Shown: piece after piece, positions 1 to 11,972 of the stretch
How positions within the stretch are numbered: position 1 is the stretch's first letter
Layout: each line of letters starts with the position of its first letter
Origin: Macrostomum lignano
Taxonomy: Eukaryota
Length of the DNA: 64,000 nt
Assembly: GCA_002269645.1 (NCBI GenBank)
Contig: NIVC01000065.1
Coordinates: 62,001-126,000, forward strand
Direction of reading: 5' to 3'
Notes under the pieces: generated by a model
The model's input: the letters and a program-made list of their open reading frames with translations, nothing else
Database searches by the model: none
Told to the model about the DNA's origin: nothing
Program-made: the position numbers and the translations under genes

Positions 1-145
1 TACGCGAATAGGGACTGAACTTTCTGTATTTAACAAAAACGTTTTGTGCTCTGAAAAGTCGCACCTCATTGCAGACCTTAATTTTATTTCTGAAGCTACG
101 AGTATAGACTTTACACTAAAGTAACTAACTCTCACCGAAGTTCTT

Positions 146-622
146 GGGAGCACGAGAAGTTCCCGCAGACGAATCGTTCGCCGAGATTTGCCCGTGGAGA
201 TTTGCCCGCCGAGATTTGCCCGCCGAGATTTTCCCGCCGAGATTTGCCCGCCGAGATTTTCCCGCGGTGCATTTGCCTGTGAGCGAATTTCCCGCGATGA
301 TTTGCCCGCTGAGGTTTGCCGGTAATGCATTTTTCCTGCAGAGCATTTGGCAGCTAGATTTTGTCTGTACGCTCGTATTATCCCCCCCCCCAAGAAAAAA
401 GTTATGAATTTGATATGAAGTTACGATGAAAACGTTTTGATCGTGTAAATCTCTTTATAAAGATTTATATGTACTAAGGATTGGGAAGGCAATGCAGACA
501 AAATCTGCCGGGTGGCCAAATGCGCTGCAGGAAAAAGAATTGCGGGCAAACCTCGGCGGGAAAAAACTCGGCGGGCAACTCTCTCGCGGGCAAATTGAAC
601 TGCGGCAAATCTCAATGGACCC
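146..622. mobile_element. Non-autonomous foldback/MULE-like element with tandem-repeat TIR arms
   Basis: Perfect 9-bp direct flanks GAAGTTCTT at 137-145 and 623-631. Termini are GGGAGCACGAGA and (reverse complement) GGGTCCATTGAGA. The left arm (14-bp GAGATTTGCCCGCC units to about 367) is the reverse complement of the right arm (about 495-620). Confidence 0.8.
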
Positions 623-699
623 GAAGTTCTTACCTAACTACCTAACTACCTCAAATCCTAGCCAACTCTCAGAACTGCGCTTCTACGTGCACATAGTAC

Positions 700-875
700 G
701 AGTACTAGTACGAGCTAGAATTGCAAGTCCGTGTGGTCTTTTCTAAATTTTGGCCAACGCTTTCTCTTTCATTGTTTCTGCTTATGCGTGTTTATTCGTC
801 TTGGAGAGTCTGGGGTAGACAGCTCTTCACTATGGGGAACAGCAGTTTTACCCTCGGCAACCTCAGTTGGATTTT
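700..875 (-). pseudogene. Degenerate terminal exon-like segment, paralogous to 6085-6245
   Basis: DNA similarity to 6085-6245. The minus-strand peptide SEELSTPDSPRRI here compares with SEELSTPDSLRRITQKAETIIEEALAKN* in the other copy. This copy is frameshifted. Confidence 0.35.
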
Positions 876-978
876 TATGAATTATCCTGGTGCCCTGTTA
901 AAGGCTAAAGGTAAGTGGGAAAAGTATGAAGGCTACTCGTGTCGCTGCCATCAATGCTGCGGAGCCCCTATAACTCAC

Positions 979-1244
979 CTTTCAGCAGCGCGGTCAGCTC
1001 AGACGGACATCCGGGTCCGCTCGCAGCAGCACCCGGCTGACGGTGGCCGAGCCGAAGCGACAGCACGAGCTGCAGCGGCTGAGTCATGCGGCCCAGCCTC
1101 ACCTCCCAGCTGCATCGCTGCGATGAGACGAGTCCGTACACCTCCCAGTGGTTGGTAAGCAGAGTCTCCGGCTGGTCTGAGTCAGCGTTCATTGAGAACG
1201 CTTTGATGCTGTCCTGGATGCAGTAGTGGTGAGCAGCCTCGATC
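979..1244 (-). pseudogene. Orphan copy of exon 1 (CUB-like) of the receptor family
   Basis: Same 266-nt length and splice sites (TTAAG| ... G|GTGAGT) as exon 10757-10492, and near-identical sequence. No in-frame exon 2 was found downstream. Confidence 0.6.
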
Positions 1245-1959
1245 CTTAAGAGTGGATTTCATTGCATTGCTTCCATCAGAAGAATGAATTTGAATAAAAT
1301 TTAGAATGCATGAAGGTTTAGAATCTGAATATGCAAAATGAGGCACTCTTGATTTGATGTGAGTTTTTAATATTGGAATTAAGTTAAGCGCTGTCTTATT
1401 CCAAAGGGAAGTTGCTATGAGAATGAAGATCCAGGATGTCGGTTCATCGTACGCACGTCGTACATACGGTTTGGCTACTGTTTGTAGTTAAGATCTATTT
1501 GTAAGTTTTATGTGAGTCACGTTCGTGTCTTCCACTGTGATGAAACTTTTCCAAGGTTGGCGGAAGACTATCAGAATAGCTGCAGAGTTTGATGCCGATA
1601 TGCAGAAGGATACTGCATACCACATTGGATTGTTGCTCTTCGGCCGGGGCGGATCCAGCAGAAGTTCATCATGAGATGAACAGGTTGATCAATCAGCATT
1701 GGTGTCCATTTAACTCCTGGGTCTTTCAGCCTGCTCTAGGAAGGCGGAGAGTTCCTTAGACCAGGGCAACCTTTGGAGACATGCCAATATGCAGACAGAG
1801 AGACGACTCTTGAAGCTGCATGCGGCGGGAACAACAAGGCAGGCAGACCTTGTCGAAGGCATTGTGCTGAATACTTGTGAATGATCCTGTTGTGTACCAT
1901 GCGTTGCTTCTCGTTGCATTCTCTAAGGGGGTGGGTGATGTTGTGTATGCGGCTTTTGC

Positions 1960-3788
1960 GGGTCTACGACAATTGACTGCCACAATTTGACTGCCACAAT
2001 TTGACTGCGATCAATTTGACTGCCGACAATTTGACTGCCGAGCAATTTGACTGCCACAATTTGACTGCCACAATTTGACTGCCACAATTTGACTGCGGCA
2101 ATTTGACTGCCGACAAAATGACTGCCGACAATTTGACTGCCACTATTTGACTGCCACAATTTGACTGCCACAATTTGACTGCGGCAATTTGACTGCCGAC
2201 AAAATGACTGCCGGGAAACTGATGCTCCTAAAGTTGAGCACTCTGTCACCCCTTTTAAGTTTATGCATGTAGTGAAATATTGCATTTAGAATGATGCAGA
2301 ACAGAATACATAACCTTTATAATACCACAAGCTGTTGAAACCCGCGGATTTTGAACCCGGGGAATTCCAATCCCAGGAACTATTAACCTCAAGAATCTGA
2401 GGTTAAACTCAAACAAAAACTTTTATCAGTCAGGATACAGTTAAAATAAAATAGAGTCATTCGTGTAAAATTAGGATTAGAGGCAAACATTAATATAGTT
2501 GGCTGGAGTACCGCGCAGAATGTCAGGAAAACTCTGGCCTCTACCTCTGCCTCTCCCTATGTCCCTTGCATCCTTTGAAACTTCCATCTTCTCTTCGGTT
2601 TTCTCACTTCTCTTTTGTCTCTAGTCTCTTTTCTCTCGTCTCTGCTCTCTCATCTCCCCTCTCTCATCTGTGACCTTTACTCTCTTATATTCGTATGTTC
2701 TCTCACCTCTCTCCTCTGTACTCTTCTATTTCCCCTCTTTTGACTCCTCTCTTTCCTTTCTTCTTTCTTCCCTTTTCTTCTCTTCCCTCTTCTATACTCT
2801 CTCATCTCTCCTTCCATCTCTCTCATCTCTCTCATCTCATCTCTTTCCTCTCTCCTCTTCCCTTTACTCTATCATCTCTCCTTTCTCCTGTCTTCTTTCT
2901 CAACTCTCTCTCATCTCTATATCTCCTCTTTTTCACTCCTCTTTCTCCCCCTCTTATCTCCTCTCTTCTCTATCCTTTCTAATCTCTCCTCTCGATCCTC
3001 TCTCATCGATCCTCTGTCTCATCTTTCCCCTCTTCTCTCCCCCTCTTCTCACCTTTACTCTTTCCTCTCCCTCCTCTCTCCCCTCGTCTCGCTTCTTCTC
3101 TCTGCTCTCTCCTCACCCCTTGTCTCCTCTTATCTTCTATCTTATCATTATTATCATTTCTCATGATTTAATAACGTAATCGTTCTGGGGCAATTAGCAG
3201 CCCTGATGGAAACTCTCCACCGTTTGCAGCTGTTTGCAGCAGTCTAACAACCAAGGAAATATGCATTTCTTAGGAGGCCATTTAAATTTTAAAGTACCTT
3301 TATGTGAAACTTAATGTTAAAATTTTCATGGTGCAACTAATTTAGTAGGATTCGTCATAACACATACATGCATGTATTGCTGAAAGGCAAATGTAGCTGG
3401 CATCTTCACTCGTAAAGAGCGAATGCTCGTCGTGCCTAAATACGATCAATGCATAGATTAAAAGGATGTACATGTAGTATTTGACGCAGTCATATTGTCG
3501 GCAGTCAAATTGCCGCAGTCATATTGTCGGCAGTCATTTTGTCCGCGGTCATTTTGTCGGCAGTCAAATTGCTCGGCAGTCAATTGTCGGCAGTCAAATT
3601 GCCGCAGTCATATTGTCGGCAGTCATTTTGTCCGCGGTCATTTTGTCGGCAGTCAAATTGCTCGGCAGTCAATTGTCGGCAGTCAAATTGCCGCAGTCAT
3701 ATTGTCGGCAGTCATTTTGTCCGCGGTCATTTTGTCGGCAGTCAAATTGCTCGGCAGTCAATTGTCGGCAGTCAATTGTCGTGCACCC
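1960..3788. mobile_element. Foldback/MULE-like element with minisatellite arms
   Basis: TIR GGGTCTACGACAATTGACTGC / rc GGGTGCACGACAATTGACTGC. Inverted ~15-bp repeat arrays at 1968-2215 and 3482-3780. 9-bp TSD GGCTTTTGC/GGCTTGTAC. The empty site is present in the paralog at about 11459. Confidence 0.9.
2545..3165 (+). repeat. CT-rich low-complexity tract inside the foldback element
   Basis: Near-pure pyrimidine plus strand with degenerate TCTC units. Confidence 0.9.
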
Positions 3789-4220
3789 GGCTTGTACGCC
3801 GGTTAGAGTTCTTGCGGTCTGATTGGCTGGGGGTTTGTCTGTCTGCCCAGACCGGCCTATAGACTGGGTGGGGGTTTGATGTTTGCTGAATCATGCTAGT
3901 TAGTTAGTTTAACTATTATATAAGTGCGCCTCACAAAGGCCTTTCAAGCCTTCGTGACTTTTCCTACCCTGCAATCGCTTCTCGCATCTACGAGTAGTTC
4001 ATTTGGCCACGCTGCCTCAAAGAACAACAGATATACTTGCTAAGGAATTCGTGTTTCCATTTAGATTAGCAATGTACGAGCGTACGAGCGTAGCTAGGTT
4101 CAGTCGGTGGCGGAATAGCTGGACGAACGGCATGCGAAATTCGGTGGCTGAATTTAATTGCCATAAATGCTATAAATATGCATGCGGTTTGTATGATAGC
4201 AGTTTGCTGAAGTAGAACTG

Positions 4221-4758
4221 GAAACAGGTTTTTTGCGCAAAAAAAACACAACGAAGATAGGAAGTTTTCATTTTTTCAGCACAAAATTTGTTTTGTTTTT
4301 GGTAGGAGGTAGATCCAGTGTTCATCTTTATATCTGTCTTATTGCTTTTATGTGTACATTTGCACGTGTCTTGTGTCTAAAAACCATTATAACCAATCAT
4401 TCTTCGCTGACTTTGTAACAAATATTTGTAACAGAGATGATAAAATAGATTCATAAAACCAAATATTAGAGCTGTGCAATGAATGCATTTTAGGTTTAGG
4501 TACAGGAAATGTACGTAGAATAAAAAATTAACATAGAATCCTAATTTTCTGATCGAAAAGCTTTATGAATATCGATAGAGCAATAAAAAAGGCGCAACAT
4601 ATCAAAAGATGAACACTGGATCCGCCTCCTATCAAAAGCAATAGCAATTTTGTTCTGAAAAAATGAAAATTTCCTATCTCCGTAGTGCATTTTTTCGGGA
4701 AAAAGTGCCTTCAAAAATTTTCCAAGAAACGAGGTTTCCCGTCCTACTTAAGTCGTCC
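4221..4758. mobile_element. Left-truncated copy of long-TIR MITE (full copy 11973-12549)
   Basis: Internal inverted arms. The right end CTACTTAAGTCGTCC is retained, and the first ~55 bp of the left TIR are deleted relative to the paralog. Confidence 0.7.
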
Positions 4759-5231
4759 ATGAGTTACTGTATTGAAATAATTGATGACTACAGATAATAT
4801 ATTGTGTGTGAGAACTTTATTAAGAAATAGCCTATTGGTCAACCCACATCCGGCCTATCAGTGAAGTTCGGCAGGCCCTAACCTTTTCCTACTACTCTAA
4901 CTAGCGTGTATATAAGTCTTTTGACACATTTGACTCATAAAGATAATTTCATAAAGTAAAATAATAAAGAAATTATAACTTTCAATACGTCAATTTCTGC
5001 CCAATTCTATAATTTTATTGTTGTATTTTTCCATCGCAAAGCCATAACTGTCTAATCGCTTTAATTAATTAATTTCGACACAGACTTACCTTAGAAGCAG
5101 CATAATGTAGATATTTGAAATCAGGTACAGCCGCTCCTTTTTAGCAACCTGTATTGATAGCGCACGGATAATGTTGCAAAGAAACATTGCCTTCTATTGC
5201 CTAAGCTAGCAGACCTCGTTCTGTATTTGGT

Positions 5232-6050
5232 AGTCCGTAGCATCTGTTAGACGGTCATTTTGTAGCTGAACAGTAAAATAATCTGTTCGGCCATCGGACG
5301 TACATGCATAGAAGGAACTTGAATACATGAATGTACATTGCAGCGTACTTTTCAATGTGGAACTTCCATTCTATACGAACAAGACGTACATTTTATACGT
5401 ACTTTGTTGCCACCCATGCACTGTTTAATGGGCAAGCTTCAAGGCGAACTAACTGCGTACGTAGTGAGCCATGTCTGTACTCTGAAGAACACCCAAAGAG
5501 GAACTTCCGGAGCACACTGTACATCTCTACGCGTCGGGGTAGAGATTGGAGAGCGTTGCTATGGGCGAGACTCCAAGAGTGCGGGGAGAAAGGTCCAGGC
5601 AAAATACCAAGACAACCACCCACAAGATAGACAGCACAAATTCTCCGTCCTCTCTCGTACCCGAATATGTATCGATTGCTCATAGCAGAAGAGGCATGGC
5701 CACTGAAGCTAGAAAATCTGACTTAGCTATTAATATTATTATATATAAGTTATATAACTCACCATGGGCCATGGGAGTAGTCAAGGACCAAACGCACCAA
5801 TGTTGTCCCATAGCTGCGAAGACGAAAAGGGAAAGGAAGTGAAGGAAGACAAATAAAGAGAGATAGAAGGAGAACAAGACAAAGGAAAAAGAGAAGCCTA
5901 TAAACTGATCAGGGTGGTCTTTGAGACATCTGGCTCTTGAAAATGGATGGCTTGATTAGCTTTATTAGCTAACTCTGCAGGTACGAGCTAGAGAATTCCA
6001 TAATTTACAGTGAGTGGGAATGAAGCACCGCTTTTGTTGCTCTGTTTTAG
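5232..6050. repeat. Duplication unit Y (partner 15736-16501 + 19337-19535)
   Basis: Direct similarity. The partner is split by the RTE insertion. Confidence 0.85.
5763..5813 (-). pseudogene. 51-nt exon of an unknown gene (relic), followed by a 54-nt intron
   Basis: Pyrimidine tract + CGCAG acceptor, CATG|GTGAGT donor and TTTTCTAG acceptor at 5709. Peptide YGTTLVRLVLDYSHGPC compares with HGKPLVILVFDHSHRPC in the Y copy. The downstream exon is frameshifted. Confidence 0.4.
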
Positions 6051-7151
6051 TACTTGTACGTGCGCACTGTACGAGTACGTGTCCGTGTACAAGTAGAACT
6101 GCAAGTTCGTGCGGTCTTTTTCTAATTTTTGGCCAACGCTTCCTCTATGATTGTTTCTGCTTTTTGCGTTATTCTTCGCAGTGAGTCTGGAGTAGACAGC
6201 TCTTCACTAAAGGTAGCACCAGAGTTTTACCCGCCGAGTTTTATCCACAATCAATGCTTTGCTTTCCTACTAATGAGTAGTCTGCCGCCACTCTATTCCA
6301 AATTCGAAATAGAAGATTAAAATGCAACAACTCGATAAGTCATTTGAGAACAGGCAAACATACAAGCAGGTTGTCTCAAATTAACTACAATTGTACGTAC
6401 AGCTCGTGGCAATGAAAGCATGTTCATGGTAAAGTTAAGAATATATTTTTGCTTAATTTGGATCTTAAACTCCACGATTCTTTAACACACTCGCACGCGA
6501 AGTACGCGAAATTCAGGCACGCAACTGCCGTTTCGTGAAGTGCTGGCCGATGGAATTTAGTCGGACCATAGCTGAACGACCGCAACTGAGGCTCTTATAT
6601 TGGTGAGAAGGACTTCGCTGCAGATGAAACCAACGGGCCCTCCTGAGCGACATCACTTCCATGAAAGTTTTTGGTCACCAGGTGCTAGCGGAATGGGCGG
6701 TCTCCGTGGCCAGGGCCGGATTTAAGGGGAGGGGGGCGGCCGGCCCCATTTTAGTGGCTGGCAATGTTGGCACCATTTTTCTTTGGACTGGCATTCCCAA
6801 ATATTATCAATATTCACAGCTATAATACGAGTGTAATTTGAACAAACGGAGTGATTGAATCCAAAACAGGAAAAAGACACTGGAGTGCCAGAAAACATAA
6901 GCGTAGAAATTGCCCGACTAACTCAATACTATAAGATCGATCAGGTCGTCATAAAAAGGTCCTCACCGCCTTCATTTTGCTCAGTATGGCACACCTGGTG
7001 AATATAATTTTGGCGCCCCTTTAGTGCATATATTACTAGCAGGTTGATCCGCTTCGCGGGTCCCAAACAGTTGTCCAAGCAAATCAGTTATGCTTCTTTT
7101 ATGTCTGACAGGACGCCTCTGTCAGGCGTCATAGAAGACATTCCCCTGTCA

Positions 7152-8595
7152 GTCATGACATCTCAGCAATTCCCCCGTGAGTCATGACATCTCAGCAATT
7201 CCCCCGTGAGTCATGACATCTTAGCAATTCCCCGTGATCATTGTCATCCCAGCAATTCCCCCGTGAGTCATGACATCTTAGCAATTCCCCGTGATCATTG
7301 TCATCTCAGCAATTCCCCCGTGAGTCATGACATCTTAGCAATTCCCCGTGAGTCTTGACATCTCAGCAATTCCCCGTGATCATTGTCATCTCAGCAATTC
7401 CCCCGTGAGTCATGACATCTTAGCAATTCCCCCGTGATCATTGTCATCTCAGCAATTCCCCCGTGAGTCATGACATCTTAGCAATTCCCCGTGAGTCTTG
7501 ACATTTCAGCAATTCCCCCGTGAGTCTTGTCATCTCAGCAATTCCCCCGTGAGTCATGACATCTTAGCAATTCCCCCGTGATCATTGTCATCTCAGCAAT
7601 TCCCCCGTGAGTCATGACATCTTAGCAATTCCCGTGAGTCTTGACATCTCAGCAATTCCCCCGTGAGTCTTGTCATTTCAGCAATTCCCCCGTGAGTCAT
7701 GACATCTTAGCAATTCCCCATGATCATTGTCATCTCAGCAATTCCCCCGTGAGTCATGACATCTCAGCAATTCCCCCGTGAGTCATGACATCTTAGCAAT
7801 TCCCCGTGAGTCTTGACATCTCAGCAATTCCCCGTGATCATTGTCATCTCAGCAATTCCCCCGTGAGTCATGACATCTTAGCAATTCCCCGTGAGTCTTG
7901 ACATTTCAGCAATTCCCCCGTGAGTCTTGTCATCTCAGCAATTCCCCCGTGAGTCATGACATCTTAGCAATTCCCCCGTGATCATTGTCATCTCAGCAAT
8001 TCCCCCGTCAGTCATGACATCTTAGCAATTCCCGTGAGTCTTGACATCTCAGCAATTCCCCCGTGAGTCTTGACATTTCAGCAATTCCCCCGTGAGTCGT
8101 GACATCTTAGCAATTCCCCATGATCATTGTCATCTCAGCAATTCCCCCGTGAGTCATGACATCTCAGCAATTCCCCCGTGAGTCTTGACATTTCAGCAAT
8201 TCCCCCGTGAGTCTTGTCATCTCAGCAATTCCCCCGTGAGTCATGACATCTTAGCAATTCCCCCGTGAGTCTTGACATTTCAGCAATTCCCCCGTGAGTC
8301 TTGTCATCTCAGCAATTCCCCCGTGAGTCATGACATCTTAGCAATTCCCCGTGATCATTGTCATCTCAGCAATCCCCCCGTGAGTCATGACATCTTAGCA
8401 ATTCCCCGTGAGTCTTGACATCTCAGCAATTCCCCCGTGAGTCTTGACGTCTCAGCAATTCCCCCGTGAGTCTTGACATCTCAGCAATTCCCCCGTGAGT
8501 CTTGACATTTCAGCAATTCCCCCGTGAGTCTTGAAATTTCAGCAATTCCCGGTGATCTTGATATCTCAGCAATTCCCCGTGATCTTGACATCTCT
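7152..8595. repeat. Minisatellite, ~28-30-bp unit (TGACATCTCAGCAATTCCCCCGTGAGTCA and variants)
   Basis: About 50 head-to-tail units with interspersed variants. Confidence 0.97.
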
Positions 8596-8993
8596 TGACG
8601 TGTCTGAATCAGCATTGTTTAGCAAAAATGGTAGTTTTAAATGTGCAGCACCCACAAGTTGAGAGCTAATTGAGGCACAGACAAAAGAAACGAAAAACAT
8701 ATTTTAACAACAAAAGCGATCAGAAAATGTGTGAATTACAAGCTACGAAATTAGCTCGTAAAAGTTGTATTTGCGTTTTCAGTGATAGAGGCAGTTAAAC
8801 AGACGCCATGAAAAGCATGCTGAAAGCAAGCGCTATATTTAGCACAGTTTAAGTAAACTCCAATATGGTACCAATCTATCACTGATTGATGGATGTTTGT
8901 AACAATTTATATGTGACACTGTCCCACCGGTTAAAGTATTTGCTGTGTGGCTTGCCTAGCGTTCAGTTTATTGCTCCTGCTAATAACTTTGTT

Positions 8994-10757
8994 TTACTGC
9001 TTTGAATTAGACTTTCGCTGCTTCAACTCCGAAGTCGTCAAATTCGTGTTTGGCGATACAAGGCATTCACTCTTCATCACGCAGAGCGCAGCAGGAACCT
9101 CTCCAGCGCTCATTCTTCTAGTTTGCTGTTCGACTCCTTCCGCATTAAATTGAGCTCGCCGACGACATCCAAATATTATCGCCGTGAGCAATCCAACTGA
9201 ACACAGAATGATCATAACTACGACTAGGGCAATAGAGCCATTTATAAACTGTTTTACCTGCAACTGCTGACTAAAAGTTTCATCCAGGAAACTTGTACAG
9301 TTCTTCGCACCTGCAGCAAGAGATTCATTCAAGGGGCTCTCGGGAAAGCTCAGCAGAGACCTGGCTGAGGAGCTGCAGCTCGAGAAGCTGAGCTGAGCAG
9401 TCGAGAATCCAGTAACCATCAGCGATGCGCACCCCACTGATTGACCAGAATCCCAAAGTCTTGGCTCCCTGCAGGTTCAGAAGGGGCTGATATGATGATT
9501 CTGCGAAGTTCAACGGCATTGATTCGATCACACTGCAGCACTTTTCCAATGTTGTCACTTACCTAACCAGAAGAAAAAGTTCTTGGGCATCTCTGGGGCT
9601 GATTGGGGCAGCTGAGCACGAGCCAGCGGCATTGTCAAGATAAAACATTGTGCTGGACGATACATTGTACAACAGTCCGACTCTGACTGGGACTTGGCTT
9701 AGGTCCAGAGGCATGAGGAATGGGTAGCGATGCTGTCTCTGTTTATCTGAAATATGCGTCCAAGGATACAATGCTGTGAACTTTTAATAGTAATGACAGA
9801 AGTATAAAACAGCTCAGCTCTGACATGCAACGACCAGCATGATCAGCAGCTCAGCACTGAGTACCCATGAGCAATGATCAGCATGAGCAGCAGCTCAGCA
9901 CTCACTGTACCCATGAGCAATGACCAGCATGAGCAGAAGCTCAGCACTGTACCCATGAGCAATGACCAGTATGAGCAGCAGCTCAGCACTCACTGTCCCT
10001 CATCAGCTCATCCAGCTGCTCCTTCCCGGAGATCGCAGCCAGCTCAACTCCAGTCCCGCTCAGATCCGACAGCCGCAGCTCCGAGTCGGAGATGAAGAGG
10101 CAGCGGCTCCGATGCAGCAGCATGTGCCTGCCGCAGAAGTCCTTCTTGGCCACCGCGATAGTCAGCTCGATGCGACCGCAGCTCGCGCTCGGCTCGGAGT
10201 CGCCCGTCGAGAACCGGACCGTCAGCAGCTGCGAGCTGCTCAAGCGATTCGGGTGAATTGTACTCAGTATTTGATATATAGTAAACGAGATCATTGGACA
10301 CAATCGCCACCAACCTTCTCATGACAGGTACAATCAGAGGCGCTTCTGGCAGCGAGGTCGCGTTGGTCCACTTTCTGACGAATGCGGATCCTGAATGAGG
10401 GAAGCAGAGGTTGTCAATGCAGAGCTTGCGCGTCAGTCATGTTAAACAGCCGCAGCTGTCAACAGTCGACACCTGTGGCTCAATCGCTCACCCTGCAGCT
10501 CCGCGGTCAGCTCAGACGGACATCCGGGTCCACTGGCAGCAGCACCCGGTCGACGGTGGCCGAGACGAAGCGACAGCATGAGCTGCAGCGGCTGAGTCAT
10601 GCGGCCCAGCCTCACCTCCCAGCTGCATCGCTGCGATGAGGCGAGTCCGTTCACCTCCCAGTGGTTGGTAAGCAGAGTCTCCGGCTGGTCTGAGTCAGCG
10701 TTCATTGAGAACGCTTTGATGCTGTCCTGGATGCAGTAGTGGTGAGCAGCCTCGATC
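8994..10757 (-). CDS. Single-pass membrane protein, CUB-like + C-type-lectin-like + TM (paralog A); signal-peptide exon not located
   Basis: Manual splicing gives one open frame over exons 10757-10492, 10390-10315, 10238-9994, 9773-9563 and 9468-8994 (intron phases 1,2,1,2). Motifs are QRCSWEVRL...GC and SSSQLLTVRFSTGD (CUB-like), FCGRHMLLHRSRCLFIS...LAAIS and VRVGL (CTLD-like), and TM SIALVVVMIILCSVGLLTAIIFGC followed by RRR. An AATAAA lies ~25 nt after the stop. Domain names are inferred from motif resemblance. Confidence 0.72.
9832..9993. repeat. 42-bp minisatellite (3-4 degenerate units) in intron 3 of paralog A
   Basis: Unit CTGTACCCATGAGCAATGACCAGCATGAGCAGCAGCTCAGCA, the same as at 28073-28372. 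Confidence 0.9.
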
Positions 10758-11972
10758 CTTAAGAGTGGATTTCATTGCATTGCTTCCATCAGAAGAATGA
10801 ATTTGAATAAAATTTAGAATGCATGAAGGTTTAGAATCTGAATATGCAAAATGAGGCACTCTTGATTTGATGTGAGTTTTTAATATTGGAATTAAGTTAA
10901 GCGCTGTCTTATTCCAAAGGGAAGTTGCTATGAGAATGAAGATCCAGGATGTCGGTTCATCGTACGCACGTCGTACATACGGTTTGGCTACTCTTTGTAG
11001 TTAAGATCTATTTGTAAGTTTTATGTGAGTCACGTTCGTGTCTTCCACTCTGATGAAACTTTTCCAAGGTTGGCGGACGACTGTCAGAATAGCTGCAGAG
11101 TTTGATGCCAATATGCAGAAGGATACTGCATACCGCATTGGATTGTTGCTCTTCGGCCGGGGCGCATCCAGCAGAAGTTCATGAGATAAATAGGTTGATC
11201 AGCATTGGTGTCCATTTAACTCCTGGGTCCTTCAGCCTGCTCTAGAAAGGCGGAGAGTTTTTTTGGACCAGGGCAACCTTTGGAGACATGCCAATATGCA
11301 GACAGAGAGACTACTCTTGAAGCTGCATGCGGCGGGAACAACAAGGCGGGCAGACCTTGTGCTGAATACTTGTCAATGATACTGTTGTGTATCATTCGTT
11401 GCTTCTCATTGCTTTTTATAAGGGGGGGGGCGGTGGGGGTGGGTGATGTTGTGTATGCGGCTTGTACGCCGGTTAGAGTTCTTGCAGTTTGATTGGCTGG
11501 GTGTTTGTCTGTCTGCCCAGACCGGCCTAGACCGGGTGGGGGTTTGATGTTTGCTGAATCATGCTAGTTAGCTAGTTTAACTGTAATATAAGTGCGCACC
11601 GGCCTTTCAAGCCTTTGTGACTTTTCCTACCCCGCAATCTCTTCTCGCATCTAGTTCATTTGGCCACGCTGCCTCAAAGAACAACAGATACTTGCTAAGG
11701 AATTCGTGTTTACATTTAGATTAGCAATGTACGAGCGTAGGTTTAGTCTGTGGCGGAATAGCTGGACGAACGGCTTTGCGTAAGCATGCCAAGTTCGGTG
11801 GCTGAATTGAATTACCATAAATGCTATACATATGCAGGCGGTTTATATGATAGCAGTTTGCTGACATTGAAGGAGGCGTCAGCCTCTCTAATGCTGCAGA
11901 CGGTCTCGTCTATCTATAGTGCTACATCAACTTTCCGGAAATTTCTAGAAGGTTAAATAGCAGTAAAACCAA

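Larger units (their letters stand above)
979..5215. repeat. Segmental duplication unit A (partner 10492-13060), interrupted by the 1960-3788 insertion
   Basis: Continuous direct similarity of 979-1959 plus 3789-5215 to 10492-13060. Confidence 0.9.

Noticed and set aside
6711-6740. CAGGGCCGGATTTAAGGGG, resembling a hAT-type terminal repeat
   Set aside because: No matching opposite end or TSD was found in the window.
11046-11062. CTGATGA motifs (here and at 13255, 28018, 54690) as hammerhead ribozyme cores
   Set aside because: No stem II followed by GAAA and no closing helices could be built.
10990-11215. Minus-strand frame MDTNADQPIYLMNFCW..., faintly like exon 1 (MNADSDQPETLLTNHW)
   Set aside because: A stop lies immediately upstream, the frame is broken in the other copy, and there are no convincing splice sites.
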